NCBI GenBank assembly: GCA_947584415.1 | Contig: CANPWN010000003.1 | Span: 28,860 to 92,859, forward strand | Direction of reading: 5' to 3' | DNA: 64,000 nucleotides | Source: an uncultured Clostridia bacterium | Lineage (GTDB): Bacteria; Bacillota; Clostridia; Christensenellales; UBA1242 | Part shown: positions 31,401 through 37,171 of the stretch, in pieces | Layout of the letters: each line of letters opens with the position of its first letter | How positions within the stretch are numbered: position 1 is the stretch's first letter | The notes under the pieces: generated by a model | The model's database searches: none | Seen by the model: the letters and a program-made list of their open reading frames with translations, nothing else | Told to the model about the DNA's origin: nothing | Made by a program: the position numbers and the translations under genes

Positions 31401-31413
31401 CAAGGTTAAATAA
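22447..31413 (+). CDS. Giant (~2990 aa) secreted, C-terminally membrane-anchored beta-rich surface protein
   Basis: Signal-peptide-like start MNKLKSVLSFTFLAAAVIG after GAGGTAAGG. Recurring Ig-like GxY...D.AGN strands. C-terminal TM WAIAAIVIGGIVLIAVIIIIV then KLRKRIKVK. Confidence 0.85.
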   Translation: MNKLKSVLSFTFLAAAVIGVGCGGMLCSAPPRANMTVFADYVDDTVNETVLDDYFVVDGLTQGTFFHKTASDTGFSVRLNTEKAEVANDDNETSPNFKYYYSVPGASPTTYYYFLVNAVTFSIDGVTIPDKKASGNDIGFDTSNLILNSTGSTDFLDAGDNVTSQTINFKVVYEKGGKTRISQPVAGENDYLTTENKLSPTPQRTVYLGDTFTDSEGRERSTEGKLEIRISYSFVISEQIAVGRNSEKFVGTETPLTPAIIRTLYLNEDNYVTQLNEPKLEYDTNTLTRTNVTTSEAATHKFNYFYNYQSNQIPWISYNPNYIRLSVTKTQNNATISDTIVYDPDDKKINKDANGNEHIPSFLYDIKEEENGNLKVYFNDVGQYGLAIDFVHINTNDKTTYVVDRAIKGQLYQNVYIFGAQAFFTNRAENKQSEFKDVENFAATISADITSYLKDNKYASLLPSGAETNEHDAEGSCTCADCTMKKLVAQINTDKINIVSTNQTPVKFAFNLNSQNISVYSKLENDDKGWQRSAESVTKTFSNPGEYFVRLSYSFAPHTTLDGAASDATFTQYFYFKINKPVPVIKIYAVDKNNTEKELMSKDYTNAERVKIIYENYGGKFDSEATFEISKKDFKNPSQSFENRPFTFRVTTRQDASGNEYQCGEYVEEGEGTYTVSTYYSFEGVKQKVPVTKSFTIDREAIDAIEPINAYTVQTYGLNKEYQSDPTPISDATNQPFILTWQQTKRSGATTNAYVKYYPLQKNNIYSSNGNLSGMIQSFLGTFQSLATDKSLNFRQNASWDKYDNATAVRNGVIPNYYVKSDAGLYIFQIVDQAGNTAVKIVLFDDSTPYFAMYKAGSSSGEAGGYSIVSTYYTTSTDATVYWGEKKAIFIDYDPNSNDVAADRNGDESENSPVYQALMNFFNGKTHNYSLPQIADAYKGDYYEVELEDYASYKGLSGKYEPINASSMEIQSSFKVYYTGDESVINYYYSTSDNVNNYVLKVKEDGSTERVVSINGTTIENEGTLKEAKVYKRSVNGENTAYYYSAPISSDTNLHKVYSTEVVTKPANFENSEFKEVNFVDMEGTYVFLLRDKSNTLGRDYPKDSNGYSEEAFLNHASAYQYVKVTGDVSGTKIYFTDGDDTIELTYAAFSNSGVTENDEAKNLSFRESYYEPTCIQKVLSVSFTPTTTTSAGKTQIDKVTLQYFPYETQKYAHLNAWGNPVVEFYQTLSTVETEPIVLYDYKNGSGDAESSEELTFSINVSSQMTKAGKYILKRTYVTGEGYITGSFDYDQRTLTALVDRYNVLSEQASVEYVENIRTYQNVNGLTLQTRVIENILEVTVVGETNFPDNPTFKFYAKNGEEETELKLSQINANIGYYNLVSEEDSKKPDIILDTSAIVDYVLKVGEDKIQDYSVTPSKSYRSLESVVGSDIFVNMYDGMSENGGSQVSITFPNYSGILPSGDSFYTDNKSDWDPIHDETASKFTTNKLPVSLYIPSVKYTLYNLGQWDDAIEYSSVLNETLNYYDKTYTNSVINSYELRAEITVFDNEGNIIKYYSNGSTYSGFLKFVDDKGQDVSNFTTAGVYIVNISQGNYSEGVSANSFKKNYQFSFTVLSSSPEFSISANGAQLNSLQDRSQNEVKEIYYTNASDIRVSWNDTDSPYIANIDKTQIRLIIMQATYKISIVDNKVSVFNDTNDELPDFEVGMSYSKTGNQNRLIINLSALDAYYNGSEVDITMQFENHNSDYYSTKTKAIYIDLAADATSLNPLIDKLPSSSALTLDRSTLRRYKDASGGDITTGNPNNDNFVASYNISQDATSPLYRYSYMVDSNFFITLRDKVMANANITSPQDYVQAGCGAWEAYYRIVDNPYNTTSETSDEETSYENFIPSTFNNITDSIPSTAGDYVEVVERDRAGNMTIYLVYLYDQDQTDEGQEGSYQGIEIKDESTFKLASDAQIATDKLSLYASTSTTISRFNFLGDEWIRFAVNDEEYLLSPIIPQGNVFHLPNTTTSISLNSVLSSFSSSTVPISIRVLNRATGVWHNFTITLLNEVALVTTLSNSDSEYISISYSNAVYPVNVSIFQQTIQNEQAVLTANLSNNPNKLENLTNADYTYLSGWANKDGITVSVDAATNRIVFRFNRNPSVGVKVRYEIEDNFGNILKPAHIFGIVQPNEITSSGNIYQTVVNDFTTGNQNEIYYIATKNLVYSFNNLIHNVTVEKWDNIRGRWSSDASVLLPNDYISRTTDNITTYTFAPQNDTFNQKFRLIVNELDGTEQTNVKTVYLQLYQVLPHLLDKLENANDYLSTFTMTDSSGINITKEVLVDRNSENVFINGKTYSVSLAGITFAKSIRLTFTDPAQFAFPYSIYIYKEDGSLGEDFVPINSGSRFAESGVYYILFKYDELLLYEDRVYKVEILDSNNEYYRVTNNGHVVNRAGAYYNDGSVDNPEYYIVNVKYPDESRAIEIVPNTYQKIVSYFISEKPEEQSREVVTLQYVVSNVGRNGDQPLEQGLHKFFKKVFITFVPPTQSPVGTMYLTYNFSDMPIPDSINDKSSYTAVPPDPGIESIKLVYSKNRGIDSNLINLSVLKDGVPYTPTIKQMATGDGEEELMYAEFSISGTYTISFTDVAGNRQMFATGLTQQSYEFNLVLLKDVSFFMTYTDVDGNEQNTDPIQKGVFNSEVTLSVIKKFNSVYYTQASVGEKDSLIHVTRNGVPYTNYEYSSNETLSSFKFSKPGYYSVYFSATSLATGLELRETVYTFAIVEPEESRYAFEFSPYQSYYVLSIIKGNSGDITRDNDGNLVADLQNTFQTAVGSDNKRYLKNFVTSVSDEGLLGSGRYIVTISTNKNLNRDDYSKVTTFSFAYWINSESVPISVSINEGTSTNKNISVSFNAERVFTSVGECDIYVGTKIYHINSETIAELGTITETLSTTGVHYITVMSMSGSVLYRYKVEKTEPLNGWAIAAIVIGGIVLIAVIIIIVKLRKRIKVK

Positions 31414-31442
31414 AAAATGCGAACTTTCGTTCGCATTTTTTT
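31412..31442 (+). terminator. Intrinsic terminator after the giant gene
   Basis: AAAAATGCGAAC-TTTC-GTTCGCATTTTTTT. Confidence 0.85.
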
Positions 31443-31491
31443 AAAGGTTAAATACGGACTTGCATTTTCATTTTCAAAGATTAAATGTTGC

Positions 31492-31527
31492 CATGGGTTG
31501 TTTTTGTCCCATGCTGTATGTTATAAT
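31492..31527 (+). promoter_or_regulatory. Extended -10 promoter overlapped by an inverted repeat (candidate operator)
   Basis: CATGGG (31492)-N10-CCCATG (31508) spanning the -35 region, then TG-T-TATAAT (31522). Confidence 0.55.
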
Positions 31528-31539
31528 ATAAGTAGAGAG

Positions 31540-31836
31540 ATGAAAATGAACAAACACAAAAAACTTATCATTTTGTACGTGTATGATGTTTTAAAGCATG
31601 GCAGTGCGGAAGATTGCCTTTTTCACCAAACAAGCATTGCCAAGCAAATAAGTGAGTATTTTGGCATACCTTGTGACAGAAAGACAGTCGCGCGCAATAT
31701 TGGTTATTTGCGGGAATATGGCTGCGACATTGTCACAATCAAAGGTAAAGGTTGTTACATGAGGTCCTATCCCTATCTTGGAAAGACCATTTACACAAAG
31801 AAAAAGTTTGAGGAGGAAAATAATGCGACCAATTGA
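31540..31836 (+). CDS. Stand-alone winged-HTH resembling the N-terminal domain of WYL-family regulators
   Basis: KKLIILYVYDVLK..S.ED......I...I...FGI.CDRKTV.RNI..L...G.DI....GKGCY. ORF ends where a WYL domain would begin. Confidence 0.65.
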   Translation: MKMNKHKKLIILYVYDVLKHGSAEDCLFHQTSIAKQISEYFGIPCDRKTVARNIGYLREYGCDIVTIKGKGCYMRSYPYLGKTIYTKKKFEEENNATN

Positions 31837-32116
31837 ACCATTTGTTATGCCAAAATACAAATGCAAGAACTGCGGAAAAATTATTTCCGAGCCGCAACTG
31901 AAATCTTTTAAAGTTTCGTTTGGCGACTTTCAATGTTTTGGGCAATGGTGTTTGTGCGATGAGTGCTTGGAAGGTGGAATAACAAAGCCCAAATGCGTCC
32001 GCACACATAAATGGGTTTTGGGAAAAGATGACGCAACATTTTTAAGGGAACTTGCGGACCTGATAACAAAATATAAAGTCCGCGCAATAGATGTATTTTT
32101 TGAGGAGGAAGACTGA
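31823..32116 (+). CDS. Small Cys-rich (putative Zn-binding) hypothetical protein
   Basis: AGGAGG RBS. CKNC...C...CLCDEC...C. Overlaps the upstream ORF by 14 nt. Confidence 0.7.
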   Translation: MRPIEPFVMPKYKCKNCGKIISEPQLKSFKVSFGDFQCFGQWCLCDECLEGGITKPKCVRTHKWVLGKDDATFLRELADLITKYKVRAIDVFFEEED

Positions 32117-32574
32117 TGGAAAAAGAGTTTTTAAACAGAGTTTTTGAGTTTGGTGGCACATTAGGAAATTTGCAAGCGGAAAAAGGAAATTACAACGGCG
32201 TTTACATCTTTGTCCGCCCTGATGATTTCGGAAAGGTTATTTTTGGCGAAAGTAAGTTGAAGTTTTGGCGTGGCTACGAAGTTTCGTTGACCACTGAAGA
32301 ACTTCAAAATAAATGGGTCGAAAACGCAAATGTTTTGTATATAGGAAAATGCTCATCAAAAACAAAGTCACTTCAAAAACTTGTGCGAAAACACATAGAA
32401 TTTTGGAATGGCAAAGAGGTTTCCGCGTATGGTGGAAAAGCCATTGGCCAAATCCAAAACTGGAAGGATTTGCAAGTATGGTATTTGGAGTGTGCCGACC
32501 CGCAACAAGCAAAAACTGATTTATTGAAAGATTTTTTTGAAAAATATGGAAAATTGCCGTTTGCAAATTTGTAG
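32116..32574 (+). CDS. GIY-YIG-like protein
   Basis: GVYIF...VLYIGK pair and C-terminal F.EKYGKLPFAN. TGATG coupling and GGAGG RBS. Confidence 0.65.
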   Translation: MEKEFLNRVFEFGGTLGNLQAEKGNYNGVYIFVRPDDFGKVIFGESKLKFWRGYEVSLTTEELQNKWVENANVLYIGKCSSKTKSLQKLVRKHIEFWNGKEVSAYGGKAIGQIQNWKDLQVWYLECADPQQAKTDLLKDFFEKYGKLPFANL

Positions 32575-32588
32575 TTAAAAGGGTGAGC

Positions 32589-33257
32589 ATGAAAAATCAT
32601 AATTTTAGCATCAAAATTCTCGGCAGCGGCATGGGAGGGATAAACATCATAAAGCCCTTTGCCAAAGTGCCTTTGAAAAATGTTGAGTGTTTGGATATGC
32701 ACGCGGACTGGGCCTCTAAAATCACCAACAAATTTATTAAAATAGGAACAAAAACAACGAGGGGTTTAGGCACGGGCGCACTCCCACTTTTCGGCGAAAA
32801 GGCGGCAAGAGAAGATAAAGACGCGATCGTTAATGCAATATCTGGCTGCGACCTTTTAATTCTTGTTTCGGGGCTTGGAGGAGGAACAGGCTCTGGCGCA
32901 TCGCCTGTGGTGGCTGAAATTGCAAAAGAGCTCGACATTCCGACAGCCGCGTTTGTGACAACTCCACTTGGCTTTGAATCAAAAATGCGGCATCAAAATA
33001 CGCAAGTAAGCCTTGAAAAATTAAAAAGTTTTGCCGGCGTTTTAATTGTCTTTTCGTGTGAAGAATACATGTCGCACGTTCCGAAAAAAACTCCTATTGG
33101 CGAAATTTTTAAGCGAATTGATGAGATTTTGCAAAAAAACATCATAAAAATGATAGATTTTTGCAATTTGCAAGCTTCAAATGGCAAATCAGCTAAAGAG
33201 ATTTTGAAACTTATCAAATTTGATGATCCTTGCATAAATGTGTTTAAAACGATATAA
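32589..33257 (+). CDS. FtsZ/tubulin GTPase-domain-only paralog (~222 aa)
   Basis: IKILG.G.GG.N, IG...TRGLGTGA.P..GEKAA, tubulin signature GLGGGTGSGASPV, VTTP..FE. No recognisable T7 loop or C-terminal domain. Confidence 0.85.
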   Translation: MKNHNFSIKILGSGMGGINIIKPFAKVPLKNVECLDMHADWASKITNKFIKIGTKTTRGLGTGALPLFGEKAAREDKDAIVNAISGCDLLILVSGLGGGTGSGASPVVAEIAKELDIPTAAFVTTPLGFESKMRHQNTQVSLEKLKSFAGVLIVFSCEEYMSHVPKKTPIGEIFKRIDEILQKNIIKMIDFCNLQASNGKSAKEILKLIKFDDPCINVFKTI

Positions 33258-33285
33258 AAAATGCGGCGATAATTGCCGCATTTTT
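33256..33285. terminator. Bidirectional intrinsic terminator
   Basis: AAAAAATGCGGCGAT-A-ATTGCCGCATTTTT. Confidence 0.8.
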
Positions 33286-33946
33286 AAATTGCAATTTCGT
33301 CATCTTTAGATTCAAGCGATTTGTCAACAGAATTATCCACATATTCCTCGCCATAGATGTCGCTGATGTCTTGCGTCATCTCAATGTCCTTAATTTTTTC
33401 CTGTATAACTTTAACGTCCCCTAAATCATGTGCAAAATCAACTTGGCTGTGCATGAGCATAAGTTCAAATTGTGAAAATTCGCCAATGTTGCCTATTTTG
33501 AAAGCATGCCCTTGCGTCAAGATTTCTGAAAATGTCAAATTTTTAAAGTCAGTGATTGCATCCTTATATTCCTGCTGTGACACTGCATCTAACCCTTGGC
33601 TCAAAGCCATTTTTTGATATATCTTGTATCCTTTTTTAAACAAGTTTTTGTTGTTGATCTTGCGAATGCGTTTTGTAATCAAATTGCCAACAAACATCAC
33701 GCCTGCTCCACCCAAAAAAAGTGAACTTGCCGCTGCAAATTCGCCATCATGCAAACCTTTGATAAACATGCCAATTCCACCGCCTATCAAGCCAAGACTC
33801 AAAATGGAAAAAAAGAGATTGCCAGTAAAGTTTGCCAGCTTCATAGAGTGGTCAAAACTTTTTAATATTGGATAAAGCCTGTCAATTTTGTCTTCCTCAA
33901 TCGAAATGTCACCCATCATCTTTTGAACGATTTCATCATTGTCCAT
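33284..33946 (-). CDS. Hypothetical membrane protein (2 TM, acidic tail)
   Basis: AAGGAG RBS before MDNDE. Two Gly-rich hydrophobic helices. Confidence 0.7.
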   Translation of the reverse strand: MDNDEIVQKMMGDISIEEDKIDRLYPILKSFDHSMKLANFTGNLFFSILSLGLIGGGIGMFIKGLHDGEFAAASSLFLGGAGVMFVGNLITKRIRKINNKNLFKKGYKIYQKMALSQGLDAVSQQEYKDAITDFKNLTFSEILTQGHAFKIGNIGEFSQFELMLMHSQVDFAHDLGDVKVIQEKIKDIEMTQDISDIYGEEYVDNSVDKSLESKDDEIAI

Positions 33947-34004
33947 ATTTTCTCTCCTTGGCTTTATTATACGCTCTGAGCGTCTGAGTGTCAATATGGA
34001 AATT

Positions 34005-34034
34005 AAAAAAACAGGCCTTTCGGTCTGCTTTTTT
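34005..34034 (-). terminator. Terminator after rplA
   Basis: CAGACC-GAAA-GGCCTG hairpin plus T-tract on the minus strand. Confidence 0.65.
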
Positions 34035-34035
34035 G

Positions 34036-34719
34036 TTACATTGTTGTCACAATCTTAATTCCAGGGCCCATTGTTGAGCAAACGGAAATGTTTTTGAAAT
34101 ATTGTCCTTTTGCTGCCGCAGGTTTTGCCTTTTGAAGGGCTTCAATGACTGTGCGATAGTTTTCTATAAGTTTTTCTTTGCCAAAGCTAACTTTGCCCAA
34201 AATTACGTGAACATTGTTTGTTTTGTCCAAACGATATTCAACTTTTCCGGCTTTAACTTCGCTGATAGCCTTTTTAACGTCCATTGTAACTGTTCCGCTC
34301 TTTGGGTTTGGCATGAGGCCCTTAGGTCCAAGCACTCTTGCCACACGTCCAACAACGCCCATCATGTCAGGAGTTGTGATGCAGACGTCAAAGTCAAGCC
34401 ATCCTCCTTGAATTTTGGCAACAATTTCTTCTGCGCCAACAAAGTCCGCTCCGGCCTTTGTTGCTTCGTCCGCTTTGTCACCCTTTGCAATAACCAAAAC
34501 TTTCACGCTTTTGCCTGTTCCGTGAGGAAGCACAACAACGCCTCTAACCTGTTGGTCAGCGTTTCTTCCATCAACGCCAAGTTTAACATGAAGTTCAACT
34601 GTTTCATCAAATTTTGCTTTTGCTGTTTCAACCACATGAGCAAACGCCTCTTCTGGAGAATAACTGGTTGCTTTGTCATAGGTGGAAAGAGCAAGTTTCA
34701 TTCTTTTGCCTTTATTCAT
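34036..34719 (-). CDS. rplA: 50S ribosomal protein L1
   Basis: [42 protein letters not shown]. Confidence 0.98.
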   Translation of the reverse strand: MNKGKRMKLALSTYDKATSYSPEEAFAHVVETAKAKFDETVELHVKLGVDGRNADQQVRGVVVLPHGTGKSVKVLVIAKGDKADEATKAGADFVGAEEIVAKIQGGWLDFDVCITTPDMMGVVGRVARVLGPKGLMPNPKSGTVTMDVKKAISEVKAGKVEYRLDKTNNVHVILGKVSFGKEKLIENYRTVIEALQKAKPAAAKGQYFKNISVCSTMGPGIKIVTTM

Positions 34720-34729
34720 ATCCTTCCTC

Positions 34730-35158
34730 CTACTCTGTGATTGTAACGCCCATGCTGCGTGCTGCACCTTCAATCATGCTCATAGCGGCCTCAATGCTTG
34801 CTGCGTTAAGGTCAGGCATTTTTGTGGTTGCAATTTCACGAACTTGCGCTTTTGTGAGTGAACCGACTTTTTGCTTGTTTGGTTTTGGCGAACCCTTTTC
34901 AAGTCCAAGCGCCTTTTTGATAAGAACGGCTGCTGGTGGGGTTTTCAGCACAAAACTGAATGACCTGTCTTGATAAATTGTTATCACAACAGGGATGATG
35001 AGACCTGCTTGAGATGCAGTTTTCTCATTAAATTCTTTGGTAAATGCCGCAATGTTTATCCCATGAGGTCCAAGTGAAGAACCCACAGGAGGTCCAGGTG
35101 TGGCTTTACCGGCTGGGAGTTGCAATTTTACAACTGCGCCAATCTTTTTTACTGCCAT
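34730..35158 (-). CDS. rplK: 50S ribosomal protein L11
   Basis: [33 protein letters not shown]. Confidence 0.98.
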   Translation of the reverse strand: MAVKKIGAVVKLQLPAGKATPGPPVGSSLGPHGINIAAFTKEFNEKTASQAGLIIPVVITIYQDRSFSFVLKTPPAAVLIKKALGLEKGSPKPNKQKVGSLTKAQVREIATTKMPDLNAASIEAAMSMIEGAARSMGVTITE

Positions 35159-35171
35159 TTTTTCCTCCTTA

Positions 35172-35212
35172 TGTGTGGTTATTTAGAGCGATTGCAGTCC
35201 CGCTCTCCCACG
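35172..35212 (-). promoter_or_regulatory. Putative L1-binding autoregulatory leader of rplK-rplA
   Basis: GTGGGAG-AGCG..CGCT-CTAAATAA-CCAC hairpin with internal loop immediately before the AAGGAGG RBS. Confidence 0.6.
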
Positions 35213-35265
35213 TTTTTGGGCTTCAAGCCCTTTATATTAAGCAGAATTTCTGCATAATACCATTT

Positions 35266-35874
35266 TTAAGCGTCAATTTTTCGCATTTGAGTGTAATCAA
35301 GTTCAACCGGTGCTTCACGGCCAAACATCTCAACAATGACTGTTGCGATGCCATTTTCAGGTGAAACAGACTGAACTGTTCCAATTGTGCCTTCAAGCGG
35401 CCCGTCAATAACCTCAATTTTGTCACCAATTTGAAGGTCAACTTCAACTTTGATTTTTTCTAGCTTGTTTTTGCGCACTTCGTCATCAGTAAGTGCAAGA
35501 GGTCTGCCGTTTGGTCCAACAAAACCTGTGATACCACGCGTTCTTGTCACATTGTGCCAAAGGTCATCACCATATATCATCTTAACGAAGATATAACAAG
35601 GCATGCTTTTTCTTTCCACCAATTTCTTCTTGCCGTTTTTTTCTTCAACAACGCTTTCCATTGGAATAATGATGTCAAAAATGCGGTTTTGAAGTCCAAA
35701 TTTGGTCACAACAGTTTCAAGATTTTCTTTGGCAACATTTTCATATCCAGAAAATGTGTGAAGAGCATACCACTTTGCTTCTTTTGATTGGTCAGGAACT
35801 TGCTCTCCGCCCACAGAGTGAACTCCAATTGTGCCTTGAACCTTAGGCTGATTTTCTTCTTTAATTTCGTCCAT
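35266..35874 (-). CDS. nusG: Transcription termination/antitermination factor NusG
   Basis: WYALHTFSGYE, TRGITGFVG, KOW GD.IEVIDGP, MFGRE.PVEL. Confidence 0.97.
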   Translation of the reverse strand: MDEIKEENQPKVQGTIGVHSVGGEQVPDQSKEAKWYALHTFSGYENVAKENLETVVTKFGLQNRIFDIIIPMESVVEEKNGKKKLVERKSMPCYIFVKMIYGDDLWHNVTRTRGITGFVGPNGRPLALTDDEVRKNKLEKIKVEVDLQIGDKIEVIDGPLEGTIGTVQSVSPENGIATVIVEMFGREAPVELDYTQMRKIDA

Positions 35875-35883
35875 ATTCTCTCC

Positions 35884-36258
35884 TTATGTCAAAAGTCCAA
35901 ACAAAAAACCAAACAAGGCGTCAAGTCCAAAAAGGATAAGACCGAAAAGAACAACCACCGACAAAACAACGCCTGTTTTTTTGCAAACATCACTAAAACT
36001 TGGCCATGTCACTTTTTTGAGTTCGCTGACAGTTTCCTTGCCCTTACGTTTGATTTTCTTGCCAAAGCCCTCTTTGTTTTTGTCTTTGGCTTTCTTGTTT
36101 GCCTTTTTGTCGCCTTTGTCAGCCTTCTTGTCCTCTTTTTTTGCCTTAGGCTGTTTTGCAGGCTTAGAAACGCTCTCGTCAGTCACGACAACAGCGTCCA
36201 AATTTTCTTTAGTTTCAGAAACCTCAACCTCTTTGGTCAAGTTTTTCTTTTTGGCCAT
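35884..36258 (-). CDS. secE: Preprotein translocase subunit SecE
   Basis: SELKKVTWP plus one TM helix, between rpmG and nusG. Confidence 0.93.
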   Translation of the reverse strand: MAKKKNLTKEVEVSETKENLDAVVVTDESVSKPAKQPKAKKEDKKADKGDKKANKKAKDKNKEGFGKKIKRKGKETVSELKKVTWPSFSDVCKKTGVVLSVVVLFGLILFGLDALFGFLFGLLT

Positions 36259-36273
36259 TTCTCCTCCTGCAAC

Positions 36274-36435
36274 TTATTTGGTTTCTTTGTGAAGTGTTCT
36301 CTTTCCACATCTTGGGCAGAATTTTTTGATTTCAATTCGCTCTGGGTTTGCGGAACTGTTTTTGCTTGTTGCATAATTTCTCTCTTGGCACTCGGTGCAA
36401 GCAAGAGTGATATCTTTGCGTTTTGGTGCTGCCAT
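36274..36435 (-). CDS. rpmG: 50S ribosomal protein L33, Zn-ribbon type (not in ORF track)
   Basis: Translated by hand: [53 protein letters not shown]. Confidence 0.96.
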   Translation of the reverse strand: MAAPKRKDITLACTECQERNYATSKNSSANPERIEIKKFCPRCGKRTLHKETK

Positions 36436-36523
36436 AACTTTTTCTCCTAACAAAAAACTAACACCCCGATTTGGAAGTGTTAGTGTATTTTAACATAATG
36501 TTTGCTTTGTTGTCAAGAGAAAA

Positions 36524-36823
36524 CTAGTCTATTTTTTTAGATTTTTTAAAGTCTTTGAAATCTTTTGTCGTGAGAATTGTGTCAACCAAGAAGGCAAGTT
36601 GATGCTCACCACACTTCTTGCTCACATCCTCAAGGTCTGATGGGAAATTGAAATCAAAGTCGTTTGACAAGGCATAAAGAAAATAAACCCTCAAAAGTTC
36701 CTTTGCAAACAAAAAGGCTTGGTCGTAGTTTGGTCCTGAGGTTGAAATGTCAAGGTCTGGGAAATAAACCCTTGTTTCGCCTTCGTCAATGTAAAATATT
36801 GCTGGATAGATGAATTGTTGCAT
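36524..36823 (-). CDS. HicB-like antitoxin-fold protein (orphan)
   Basis: YPAIF......V.FPDL...T.G.....A...AKELL......P.PS-like pattern. Confidence 0.7.
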   Translation of the reverse strand: MQQFIYPAIFYIDEGETRVYFPDLDISTSGPNYDQAFLFAKELLRVYFLYALSNDFDFNFPSDLEDVSKKCGEHQLAFLVDTILTTKDFKDFKKSKKID

Positions 36824-36886
36824 TTTTTGGTCTCCGTTAATAATATTCTATCACATCTTTTCAAGTTTTAGCAAATATTTTAACAT

Positions 36887-36911
36887 AAAAAAACAGACCA
36901 AGTCTGTTTTT
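36887..36911 (-). terminator. Terminator of the 47-aa small ORF
   Basis: AAAAACAGAC-CAA-GTCTGTTTTT. Confidence 0.7.
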
Positions 36912-36922
36912 AAACAAAATTT

Positions 36923-37066
36923 TTAAAATGTGATGCCTTCGTTTCCTTTCTCTGGGAAATTCATTTTAAAAGTTGTTTCTTTATTCATGTCAATAGGGTT
37001 TCTTGACACAACTGTCAAATCTGGATATCTTTTCGCTAAACTGAAAACTTCAAATTGCTTTGTCAT
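36923..37066 (-). CDS. Unannotated 47-aa small protein
   Basis: MTKQFEVFSLAKRYPDLTVVSRNPIDMNKETTFKMNFPEKGNEGITF. AAGGAGG RBS, TTTACA-17-TATGAT promoter, own terminator. Confidence 0.65.
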   Translation of the reverse strand: MTKQFEVFSLAKRYPDLTVVSRNPIDMNKETTFKMNFPEKGNEGITF

Positions 37067-37171
37067 TGCTTGTCCTCCTTTGATAGCCCTATCATATCAC
37101 AAACTTTAAAATTTGTAAATACTTTTTTCAAAAATTTTTTAAATATTTTTTTACCTTTATTTTAAAGGGCT

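Noticed and set aside
32583-33257. Calling this gene the housekeeping ftsZ
   Set aside because: It is too short, lacks the T7 loop, C-terminal domain and tail, and has no dcw neighbours.
34102-36450. Long antisense ORFs (34102-34740, 35788-36450), and similarly 60074-60682
   Set aside because: They are shadows of rplA, secE/rpmG and secA, with no RBS and implausible composition.
36447-36486. Hairpin plus T-tract in front of rpmG as an attenuator or riboswitch
   Set aside because: More simply the terminator of the upstream HicB-like gene overlapping the rpmG promoter. No aptamer or alternative fold is evident.
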